Source of the DNA: Candidatus Poribacteria bacterium
GTDB lineage: Bacteria; Poribacteria; WGA-4E; WGA-3G
Length of the DNA stretch: 64,000 bases
Direction: 5' to 3'
Assembly: GCA_965204285.1 (NCBI GenBank)
Contig: OZ241980.1
Coordinates: 160,235 to 224,234 of the forward strand
In this document: positions 28,452 to 37,013 of the stretch, one piece after another
Layout of the letters: every line of letters begins with the position of its first letter
How positions within the stretch are numbered: position 1 is the first letter of the stretch
Notes under the pieces: model-generated
Database searches by the model: none
Seen by the model: only the letters and a program-made list of their open reading frames with translations
What the model was told of the DNA's origin: nothing
Translations under genes and position numbers: made by a program

Positions 28452-29219
28452 TTATCGATCGCGTTCGATGTAATCGTATCTTGGATTCTCCTGCCGATTA
28501 GGGGTTTTACCTTCCATTGGTTCCGTTTGTTGAGGCGCGTTTCTTTGGTTAACACGAGGACCGAATTTATAACTGTTAACTTTTACAATCGGATACGGAC
28601 CGTCAAATCCAACGATCTTCCCTTGCACTTCAACCTCACTATTATTTCTTGTGGCATCAATTCGTAGATCATCGAATTCTGAAGATGGTTTGAAAACAAA
28701 CTTCTGACCGCCGTTTCCTGCGTCGAGTGCTTGACGGACCTCAGAAGTTTGAGGTCTCCAACGTGCCCATCCGGGAATATCGCGGATACTACTGCGCGTG
28801 AAGCCGGGGTACGCAAACATTCTGCCTGTAATCGTGGCTTCGGTTTTAAGGATGCGGACCTGCCCAAGTCCGTGGCGTCCGCGATAGCGTGTATCCTTCA
28901 ACTGTCGCATAATGTCGTAGGCATCAAAGGTATGCGTTCGGTTGTACTTTGTATCACCTTGTCTCGGTTTTACTTCCACAACAGTTGTGAAATGTCTTGT
29001 TCTGCCGTTCTTGTCAACGGGTGTATGGAAGGTAATATCTTTTGCGTCTGCCCATGGCGACAACAACCTGCGGATTTTGATAGCATCCGCATTACTTACA
29101 ACATCGGAAATTTCTATCTTCAGGGTTTGTAATTCTGCTACACTTTGCGTGCTAATCCCACTCAGCAGAAACAGAAAAATTGTTACACAGATAATACTGC
29201 TGAAATGCGTGCGTTTCAT
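28452..29219 (-). CDS. Secreted hypothetical protein
   Basis: Signal peptide IICVTIFLFLLSGISTQSVA. No recognisable catalytic motif. The C-terminus is basic. Confidence 0.6.
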   Translation of the reverse strand: MKRTHFSSIICVTIFLFLLSGISTQSVAELQTLKIEISDVVSNADAIKIRRLLSPWADAKDITFHTPVDKNGRTRHFTTVVEVKPRQGDTKYNRTHTFDAYDIMRQLKDTRYRGRHGLGQVRILKTEATITGRMFAYPGFTRSSIRDIPGWARWRPQTSEVRQALDAGNGGQKFVFKPSSEFDDLRIDATRNNSEVEVQGKIVGFDGPYPIVKVNSYKFGPRVNQRNAPQQTEPMEGKTPNRQENPRYDYIERDR

Positions 29220-29417
29220 AATGTGTTCCCCCTTGAGTTTTTAATTAACAACCGTTATTTAGATTATACACTATTTCACAGAAAAGTTGCAAAGAAAATG
29301 TCTATAGATCAGTTTCAACCGCAATAAATATAGTTTGCTGTTCTAACTTTCCTATCTATACGTCTTAATGGTTGTTGAAGTATAACGACTACGACAAACA
29401 TTAGTTGACACACTACT

Positions 29418-32400
29418 TTATTGCTCAGCATTGCGTTTTTCAACGAGATAATACAACGCTGGTAAAACAAGTAGCGTCAGAAATGTAGCGGTAATCATCC
29501 CGCCGCTGATGACAATGGCAAGTGGCCTCTGAAGTTCCGCTCCTGAACCGTGTGCAAGCGCAAGCGGCAGCATCCCTAACCCTGTTGTCAAGGCTGTCAT
29601 CAGGACTGGACTGATCCGTTCGGATGCTCCCTTCATCACGGCATCGTATAGCGGCATGCCTTCTGAACGTAGTGCATTGATGTGTGAAACTAAAATGATA
29701 CCGTTACGTACTGCAATGCCGAACAACAAAATAAAGCCTACCATAGAAGGAATACTTAGCACGCCACCAGTGAGAAATACACTGACAACGCCACCGATTA
29801 ACGCCAGCGGTAGGTTCAGTATCACCAAAATTGAAAGCCGCATTGATCCCATTGCAAGATACAATAAAATAAAAATACCGATAAAAACAAAACCTGATTG
29901 AATTAAGATACGTCTTTGTGCACTCTGCTGACTTTCAAACTGTCCACCGTATGTGAGAAAATACTCCTCAGGTATTTCAACATGTGCCTCAATTTCTCTT
30001 TGAACCTCAGCAATAAAGTTGCCAAGGTCCCTATTTTGGACATTACACTGAATCACGATACGACGGGAGACGTTCTCGCGATTGATGGTATTCGGTCCGA
30101 AGCCGAAACTCACATCCGCAACCTGTTTCAATGGGATAAACGCACCTGAAGGCGTGCGGAGTTTTAGATTACCGAAAGACTCAACAGTTTTGACAAGTGT
30201 TGGATCAATGCGAACGACAAGGTCATACTGCCGCTGTCCTTGTATAATCTGACTGACTGTCTCGCCTTTAAAAGCCGCTTCTGCAAAGTGTGTTATGTCT
30301 TGAACGCTTAAACCGTAACGGGCTGCCTCAAAACGCTTAACTTTGATTTGAAGTTGCTCAACCTGTACCTGTTGTTCAACCTGTAGATCGGCAACGCCGT
30401 CAATCCCAGACATGACTGCTTCGATTTCCTTTGCTTTCTGTCTTAGCGTGTCAAGATCGGGTCCAAACAGTTTCAATGCTACCTGCGCGCTTACACCTGA
30501 CAAAAGATAGTCAAGACGATGTTGAATCGGTTGACCTACGGATACCTGAACACCCGGAAAATTTTCAGTGGAGAGCATCTCCCGCACTTCTGCCAGAAGG
30601 GTTTCACGGGTCTTCTCACGTTCATCGGGAGGAGTGAAATTCAACACGATTTCATGCGTATTCACATCGTGCGCGTGTTCATCCGCTTCGGCGCGCCCAG
30701 TCCGACTGCTAACACTTGTCACCTCTGGAATATCCAATAACCTTGTTTCCATTTCACGACCAATACGTGTTGATTCTCCCAGTGAGGTTCCAGGAGGTGA
30801 AAACACACTGATTGTGAAGGTAGCTTCGTCCATCACAGGTAAAAATTCCCTGCCAAAACGAGGAATCGCTGCGAAAGTTAACATTACCAGTAACAAGGCA
30901 ATTGCTACAACACCCCAACGTAGGCGCATGACAAATGAGAGAATTGGTTGATACACTCGTTTAATCCACATCACAACAGGTTGGAGCGTCAAGGCAGTTT
31001 CAACATCCGAATCCGGTGCCAATGCGACAACAAACAACCGCCATCGCACCACAAGGTTACGAAAGAAGTTAGCAACCCGTTTTCCTGAGGGATCAACTCC
31101 TGGGATAGGTTCATGTAGTGGTATATCCCTGATCCGTCCAAGCAGTAAGTCACTTAAGACCGGAACAACGGTTAAAGCAACGAGCAACGATGCTGCCATT
31201 GAAATTACAACTGCCCAACCGAGTGGACGGAACATCCTGCCTTCAATACCACTAAGACTAAATAGTGGTAAAAACACGAGAATAATAATCAAAGTTGCAA
31301 AAACGATGGATACACGCATCTCATCGCTCGCGCGTATCACAACCTGTGTCGGTGTTTCTTCTGTCTCATTGCCTAAATCCCGAAGATGAAAATATTCCTG
31401 CAGCCGCCGAAATATGTTTTCTACATATACAATCGCATCGTCAACCACCATGCCAACAGCAATTGCCAAGCCTGCAAGCGTCATAATGTTGAGCGTACCG
31501 GCCTGTGAAAGCAGCACAATAATTGCAATAATCAACGATAACGGAATAGCGGTGAGTGTAATCAAAGCGGTGCGGATATTGAAGAGAAAGATGATGAGGA
31601 CCACAACAACGAGAATTGCGCCATCCCGTAATGCTTCTTTGACAGTATCCACAGCACGGCGAATTAAATTAGCTTGTGCGTACTCAACTTCAACCTTTAC
31701 ATCTTCAGGTAGTGACTTTTCAAGCGATTCTAACTCTGAAGCCACTTTATCGCTGAGGACAAGCGTATTAATGCCGGGTTGTTTGACGACCTTGCCTAAA
31801 ACGGTCTCTTCGCCGTTGCGGCTTCCCGCGCCGCGCCGTATTTCTGGAAGTGATCCGATTTTGACTGTTGCGATGTCCTTGACGAGGACAGGCGTATTAT
31901 GTTCCCTAACATCAATCACTACATTTTCAATGTCTGCAACCGAGGAAATCCGTCCTAACCCCCTAATCATCAACTCACGCGCATTCTTGATAAGAAATCC
32001 GCCTGCAGCATTATCGTTGCTCTTTTCAAGTGCATGTGCCACATCTTCAAGTGAAATGCCGTAGCTTACCAATCGTTCAGGATTGACGAAGACCTGAAAT
32101 TGCTTGACATAACCACCAATGTTTATGACATTGGCAATGCCTCCCTGCGATTGCAAGCGATACCGTATCACCCAATCTGCTATATCGCGCATCTCCATCG
32201 GATCCAGTTTTTCTTTTTTATCCGATTCATCAATGAGTGCGTATTCCATTATCTCTCCCAAGAGGGAGGAGGTGGGTAAAATGATTGGAGCATCAACGCC
32301 TTCCGGTAAATTCGGAGCAACGAGTTGGAGTCGTTCAGAGACCATTTGCCGCGCCAGAAAAATATCCATTCCCCATTCAAATTCCACGAAAACAAGAGAC

Positions 32401-32669
32401 AAACCGATTGCTGACGATGAGCGAACCCGTGTGACATCTGGCGCACCGTTCATTGAACTTTCGATCGGTAACGTCACAAGGGTTTCCATTTCTTCTGGAG
32501 ACCATCCATGTGCCTCTGTTAGGACAGTAATCCGCGGCGGATTGATGTCTGGGTAAACATCAATTGGTGCCGTTTGGAACATCCTGAAACCGATAATGAC
32601 CGCCGCAATGAGTCCACAAATAACAAGGAGTCTATTTCTTAGTGAAGCTTCGGTGATTTTTGACCACAT
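29418..32669 (-). CDS. RND efflux permease, CusA/CzcA-like
   Basis: 1,083 aa with a 12-TM RND layout. The N-terminus (IDVYPDINPPRITVLTEAHGWSPEEMETLVTLPIESSMNGAPDV..VRSSS..GLS) resembles the CzcA/CusA family. TM4 reads GMVVDDAIVYVEN. Neighbours are a His-rich adaptor and a TolC-like gene. Confidence 0.85.
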   Translation of the reverse strand: MWSKITEASLRNRLLVICGLIAAVIIGFRMFQTAPIDVYPDINPPRITVLTEAHGWSPEEMETLVTLPIESSMNGAPDVTRVRSSSAIGLSLVFVEFEWGMDIFLARQMVSERLQLVAPNLPEGVDAPIILPTSSLLGEIMEYALIDESDKKEKLDPMEMRDIADWVIRYRLQSQGGIANVINIGGYVKQFQVFVNPERLVSYGISLEDVAHALEKSNDNAAGGFLIKNARELMIRGLGRISSVADIENVVIDVREHNTPVLVKDIATVKIGSLPEIRRGAGSRNGEETVLGKVVKQPGINTLVLSDKVASELESLEKSLPEDVKVEVEYAQANLIRRAVDTVKEALRDGAILVVVVLIIFLFNIRTALITLTAIPLSLIIAIIVLLSQAGTLNIMTLAGLAIAVGMVVDDAIVYVENIFRRLQEYFHLRDLGNETEETPTQVVIRASDEMRVSIVFATLIIILVFLPLFSLSGIEGRMFRPLGWAVVISMAASLLVALTVVPVLSDLLLGRIRDIPLHEPIPGVDPSGKRVANFFRNLVVRWRLFVVALAPDSDVETALTLQPVVMWIKRVYQPILSFVMRLRWGVVAIALLLVMLTFAAIPRFGREFLPVMDEATFTISVFSPPGTSLGESTRIGREMETRLLDIPEVTSVSSRTGRAEADEHAHDVNTHEIVLNFTPPDEREKTRETLLAEVREMLSTENFPGVQVSVGQPIQHRLDYLLSGVSAQVALKLFGPDLDTLRQKAKEIEAVMSGIDGVADLQVEQQVQVEQLQIKVKRFEAARYGLSVQDITHFAEAAFKGETVSQIIQGQRQYDLVVRIDPTLVKTVESFGNLKLRTPSGAFIPLKQVADVSFGFGPNTINRENVSRRIVIQCNVQNRDLGNFIAEVQREIEAHVEIPEEYFLTYGGQFESQQSAQRRILIQSGFVFIGIFILLYLAMGSMRLSILVILNLPLALIGGVVSVFLTGGVLSIPSMVGFILLFGIAVRNGIILVSHINALRSEGMPLYDAVMKGASERISPVLMTALTTGLGMLPLALAHGSGAELQRPLAIVISGGMITATFLTLLVLPALYYLVEKRNAEQ

Positions 32670-32692
32670 TGATTTTCCTCCGTGAAACTATA

Positions 32693-34630
32693 CTAATGTG
32701 CGTGTCCTGCATGTGGATCAATAACAACAGCAGAACCTGTTGAAGCTCTTTTGAGTTGATGAGTTCCCTGGACCACCACATACTCACCTGCAAGTAAGCC
32801 ATCTTTAATTTCAATATACTGGTCATTTTTTGCCCCAACTTCAACCTCATGTTTGACATAAGTATTACCCGATTCAACAAAGACAAACTTCGTTGCACCA
32901 TCTTCAAGTACAGCACTCAATGGCACACTCAAAACATCATCCAATTTTTCAATTACAAGTGTCTGTTCAGCAAACATTCCCGGTTTCAATTGATGTGTGG
33001 AATTATCAACCTCTGTCCAAAAATGGACGGTGCGTTTCTCCGGATTCACAACGGCAGAAATTTTAGAAATCTTTCCTGTGAAAACTTTTCTGGGATAAGC
33101 AGGAACGCGAATTCGCACCTCGTTTCCTACCTGCAATTTGTCCTGTAAAAGTGCGAGCGTGTCTTCGTAAACTTCGCCTTCAATCCATACAACATCGGTA
33201 TCAAGTATTGCGTATAGAGAATCGCTTTTGTCTACGGTTGCACCGAGTGTTACATCTTGTTGGACAATCTGTCCAGTAGATGGTGCTGTGACGTAAAATC
33301 TGGCATGAGATTTTCCTGTTTCAATGACTTTTTCTATCTCATTTGAGGTCATTCCGAACACCTCAAGTTTCTGGCGAACTTTGGCTAACACAATAGCAGC
33401 ATTGCGCTGTGCTTCTTCCGTTTGTAGCAGTGCCTCTAATGCCTCTGAACTCGTCATGAAAGGCGCGTAATTTTCAATGAGTTCCTCAGCGGATAAATCT
33501 TTGAACGGAACAATTGAAGTAGTTTTAGCAAGGGTTTCAAGATGGGTTTCAGTTAAACCCACAACCAATGCCCGCAGTTTATTTGCTTCAACTTTGACAA
33601 CAGCAGATTTGTAGGACGTTTCTGCGTCAACCAATCCAGACGCTTCTTCAATTAAAGTAACATATTTCAATACTTCAAGACTATCAGGCGTTCTTGTTGG
33701 TGTTGACTGTGGTTTGCTATCTACATTCAGCAGGACGAGCATTGGCGTTGTTCCATCATCACTAAGTATTTTTTCAAGCGTTTCTTCACTGATACCAAGC
33801 AGCTGAAATTGTTGCTTTGCCCCAGCGAATGCATTGTTTGCCTTTGTGTATGCTGCTTTTTGCGCAATAAGTTGCTTTTGTGCAGATATACGTTTTTCTG
33901 TTAGCATTTCAATACGCGCAAGCGTGTTTTCAAGTAGTTTGCGTTCAACATTGGCTTTCACAAGGTCAACACGCATCTGTTCTAAAGCTGAAATGGTCTT
34001 TGCAGTAGCCAATGTCCTATGCTTTAGATACGCTGTTTTCTGTTCTTGCAATTCGGAAAGGGATTCCAAATAATCTATTTGTCGCGTTTGCAATTCCAGT
34101 CGAATTTGCTTAGCAAACACGGACTTCTGTTTTGCTAATGTGGTATCTAATGATTTTTGTTGATGGACTGCTTCAATCAGGTCAATCTCAGCCAATTGCA
34201 AGTCAAGACTCTCCAATTCGAGCAGTACATCGCCTTTTTTTATTGAGTCACCAAGATTTGAATGGATGCGTTTTACGATACCACTAATCCTTGGTGTAAC
34301 AACTGCCTGCTTCCCTGGATGAGCGATTATATTTCCTGTAACTTGAACAACCTTTTCAATAGGACGAATGTCTGCCTCAGCAGTTTCCAAACCTATATTC
34401 GTTTTTGCTTTGTCGGTGAGAGTCACAGTGTTTTCTGCTTCGTATGCATGACCATCCTCTCCAGCATGGATATGTGGATCGTCCTCTTTTTGCTTTCCAT
34501 TTTCATTGTTAACTTGTTGTTCTTCCTTTGCCCAAGTTAATGGGAGGTGGAGATTTAATGAAAACAAACCGCCTATCGCAATAACAAAAATTGCTAAAAA
34601 TAGTAGTGTGATATGAAAGTTGCGTTGCAT
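32693..34630 (-). CDS. RND periplasmic adaptor (membrane fusion protein), unusually long, with His-rich termini
   Basis: N-terminal anchor. His clusters are present (DDPHIHAGEDGHAYE; C-terminal VIDPHAGHAH). Lipoyl/beta-barrel motifs (GDVLLELES, TAPSTGQIVQ) flank a very long coiled-coil hairpin. Length is 645 aa. Confidence 0.8.
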   Translation of the reverse strand: MQRNFHITLLFLAIFVIAIGGLFSLNLHLPLTWAKEEQQVNNENGKQKEDDPHIHAGEDGHAYEAENTVTLTDKAKTNIGLETAEADIRPIEKVVQVTGNIIAHPGKQAVVTPRISGIVKRIHSNLGDSIKKGDVLLELESLDLQLAEIDLIEAVHQQKSLDTTLAKQKSVFAKQIRLELQTRQIDYLESLSELQEQKTAYLKHRTLATAKTISALEQMRVDLVKANVERKLLENTLARIEMLTEKRISAQKQLIAQKAAYTKANNAFAGAKQQFQLLGISEETLEKILSDDGTTPMLVLLNVDSKPQSTPTRTPDSLEVLKYVTLIEEASGLVDAETSYKSAVVKVEANKLRALVVGLTETHLETLAKTTSIVPFKDLSAEELIENYAPFMTSSEALEALLQTEEAQRNAAIVLAKVRQKLEVFGMTSNEIEKVIETGKSHARFYVTAPSTGQIVQQDVTLGATVDKSDSLYAILDTDVVWIEGEVYEDTLALLQDKLQVGNEVRIRVPAYPRKVFTGKISKISAVVNPEKRTVHFWTEVDNSTHQLKPGMFAEQTLVIEKLDDVLSVPLSAVLEDGATKFVFVESGNTYVKHEVEVGAKNDQYIEIKDGLLAGEYVVVQGTHQLKRASTGSAVVIDPHAGHAH

Positions 34631-34665
34631 TTTCTGCCTCCTTATAGATAATATGCTTTAACCGA

Positions 34666-35928
34666 CTATTGAACTAATTCAATGGATGTGCCTATGGATG
34701 TCTCAAGTTCTACAAATGCTTTTTGATACGCGGCGAGTGCGTCAAGATAAGCAAACCGCGTTTTAACAAATTCACTTTGCATTAAAATCACTTCCAAGAG
34801 TTCTGCCTCCCCTAATTCGTAAGCAGAACGCGTGAGGGTTAGGTTTTCATTGAGCAACTTCAATAAATTGCCATCATAAAATTTCAGATTTTTTTTCGCA
34901 GCATTCAAGGAAAGAAATGCTGCTATTACTTCTCGGATAATTTGTCTCTCTGAATTGGTAATTTCTACTGTATTAACCTGTTTCTGTGTCTTTGCAGCAT
35001 TAATTTCAGCGCGATTCCAATCGAACAGTGGTAAAGGTATTGAGAACTTCACCCCGAATCCTGTTGAGCCAAAACTACGTTCTGCTATGCCACCAATACT
35101 CAGGTCAGGAATGTTTGCTGCTTTTGCAAGTCTGTGCGTGCTTTCAGTCTGTTCCACGCTTAATCTCAGGGACTTTAGGTCAGCACGATGTGCAAGTGCA
35201 TGTGCCTTTAAAGTATCAAGTTTCAATTTTTTTGATGTTTTTTCGGTCAAACCTCCGATTGCGGTAGGTATAGCATCAAGAGGAGTTCCCATCAAACCAT
35301 TGAGTTCAAGTTGGGCTAACTGTAAATCACTTTCTAACGTGGCAGATTCATGCAGTGCAGACTGCAGCTGAATGTTCGCGAGACCTACCTGTGTGACAGA
35401 AATATCGCCTGCTTCAAACTGAATCCGTGCCATGTCAAGCATCTGCTGATTGTGTTTGATAATTTCTTTTGCTAACTTAAGTTTTTCTTGCACAAGAACA
35501 AGCTGATAAAAAGCGAGTTTCACAGATTTGATAAGTTTCTGTGATTCTTCTGTGAATTTGAGATTTACTTTTTCAAGGTTTATCTGTGCTATCTGTTTCC
35601 GATGACCGCGTTGTCCGCCAAGTTCAAAGGTTTTCGTTAATTCAAGTGTCTGTTCTGCATGAGAACCACCAATAAATTCGGATTCCAATTCGGGATTGCT
35701 GAATAGGGCGATACCATCAAGTTGGGCTTGTACGACCTTAGCTTTTTCGCGTACTGTTTTGAGTGAAGGGTTTTCACGCAACGCAGTCTGGATTGCGGTT
35801 TCAAGACTTACTTCTTCGTTTTGGGCAGCAAAAGTTGTTATTGGCAAAACGATGAAACTTAAAATGTACATTCCTATGGTTGTGATGGTAAGGCTTAATT
35901 TGGTTATCATTCGTTTTTTGCACCTCAC
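34666..35928 (-). CDS. TolC-family outer membrane efflux protein (CzcC-like)
   Basis: Signal peptide. Two-fold repeated coiled-coil/beta pattern with typical LSLETAIQTALRENPSLK start motifs. Length is 420 aa. Confidence 0.8.
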   Translation of the reverse strand: MRCKKRMITKLSLTITTIGMYILSFIVLPITTFAAQNEEVSLETAIQTALRENPSLKTVREKAKVVQAQLDGIALFSNPELESEFIGGSHAEQTLELTKTFELGGQRGHRKQIAQINLEKVNLKFTEESQKLIKSVKLAFYQLVLVQEKLKLAKEIIKHNQQMLDMARIQFEAGDISVTQVGLANIQLQSALHESATLESDLQLAQLELNGLMGTPLDAIPTAIGGLTEKTSKKLKLDTLKAHALAHRADLKSLRLSVEQTESTHRLAKAANIPDLSIGGIAERSFGSTGFGVKFSIPLPLFDWNRAEINAAKTQKQVNTVEITNSERQIIREVIAAFLSLNAAKKNLKFYDGNLLKLLNENLTLTRSAYELGEAELLEVILMQSEFVKTRFAYLDALAAYQKAFVELETSIGTSIELVQ

Positions 35929-36118
35929 AAGTAAGATTACATGAAAATGGTTGGCAATATATCAATAGTGAATAAGATTCCTGCGTAAACCACACTATGC
36001 GGTTTACATAACAGAAATTTTAAGATATCGATTCCAAGATAATAGAATGTCATCTTAAAATCGCTGTAAATTTATACAAAATTCGAGATTATAGGGTGCT
36101 TTAATAGCGCGAGAAGAA

Positions 36119-36162
36119 TTAAATGAGGAGAGTAACAGTATTAAATGAGGAGAGTGACAGTC
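36119..36162. repeat. 22-nt tandem duplication spanning a stop codon
   Basis: TTAAATGAGGAGAGTAACAGTA followed by TTAAATGAGGAGAGTGACAGTC. On the minus strand each unit encodes TVTLLI*. Confidence 0.8.
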
Positions 36163-36581
36163 CGGAGTGAAATAAGTGTAGGGTCAATTAACGGTGGAAT
36201 AACTGAAAATGGTGTAGGTGTTGGAGAGGTGAAATTTGATATTTCCGGTGAAATTGGTAGGGTAGAGAAAACAGTATCGTATGCTAACAAGTTTTGTTCT
36301 AATGTAACAATGTATATTTCACTGTTTAGGGAAGCAAAAATCGGAAAGTCAACACATTCCCCGCAGTGGTGATCATGCGCAGCAGGTGTGTCTGGGTGAG
36401 CCAAATCTGGAGAAGGCACGTCTGCACAACAACCGTCAACAGCAAATTCAAATTCAACGTGCCCATCTTCACCAAGGCACAGAACATAGTTAGACAGCTG
36501 CATTGGAATTATGGCAAAATAGATAAATAGCCAAATTATAGGTGTAGCAGTTCTGTTTTTTTTGGAGAAAAGTGAAACCAT
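36141..36581 (-). CDS. Small membrane-anchored His/Cys-motif protein, first gene of the efflux operon
   Basis: TM helix PIIWLFIYFAIIPMQL. Cys/His motifs: CLGEDGHVEFEFAVDGCC and HPDTPAAHDHHCGECVDFP. Confidence 0.6.
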   Translation of the reverse strand: MVSLFSKKNRTATPIIWLFIYFAIIPMQLSNYVLCLGEDGHVEFEFAVDGCCADVPSPDLAHPDTPAAHDHHCGECVDFPIFASLNSEIYIVTLEQNLLAYDTVFSTLPISPEISNFTSPTPTPFSVIPPLIDPTLISLRTVTLLI

Positions 36582-36652
36582 TTGTTGTATGCCTAATTTG
36601 TAAGACTTTATTCATTTAAACAGTCTGACGTGCCACTTACAAGTTCAATTGA

Positions 36653-36682
36653 AGTATACACGATTTCAAGCTATAATGTCAA
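36653..36682 (-). promoter_or_regulatory. Candidate sigma-70 promoter for the efflux operon
   Basis: The minus strand reads TTGACA (36677-36682), an 18-nt spacer, then TATACT (36653-36658). Confidence 0.4.
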
Positions 36683-36698
36683 GAAGAAAATGTGAAGC

Positions 36699-37013
36699 CT
36701 ATAGCAACTTTAAACGATCTTGCCGATCCTCCCAATCTGGTAAATATGCAGACATATACCCCTTAAACAGCTTACCGTGATTCGGTACAAGCAGATGCAC
36801 CAATTCATGCACAATCACAAATTCTGTCAACGTTTCTGGTAGATTAAGCAGCTCCGTGTTGAGTGTCAATCTGCCGTTGGTTGATATAGATGCCCATTTT
36901 CGCCGCATTTCACGTAAATGGATTTCCCGCACCTTAACACCGATGCGGTCTGCCCACTGCCATACTGCACCTTTCAAATCTATAGGACAATCCAATCTAT
37001 TTTGTGAATTCAT
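36699..37013 (-). CDS. Short YgjP/DUF45-type (M48-like) zinc metallopeptidase-fold protein
   Basis: HELVHLLVPNHGKLF motif (HExxH...NH). The ATGA overlap with the hsdR stop suggests translational coupling. At 104 aa it covers only the C-terminal half of typical family members. Confidence 0.7.
   Translation of the reverse strand: MNSQNRLDCPIDLKGAVWQWADRIGVKVREIHLREMRRKWASISTNGRLTLNTELLNLPETLTEFVIVHELVHLLVPNHGKLFKGYMSAYLPDWEDRQDRLKLL

Noticed and set aside
30568-32556. Plus-strand ORFs of 127-216 aa opposite the RND permease
   Set aside because: They are antisense to a 1,083-aa ORF with clear RND motifs. They are Ser/Thr/Arg-rich shadow frames.
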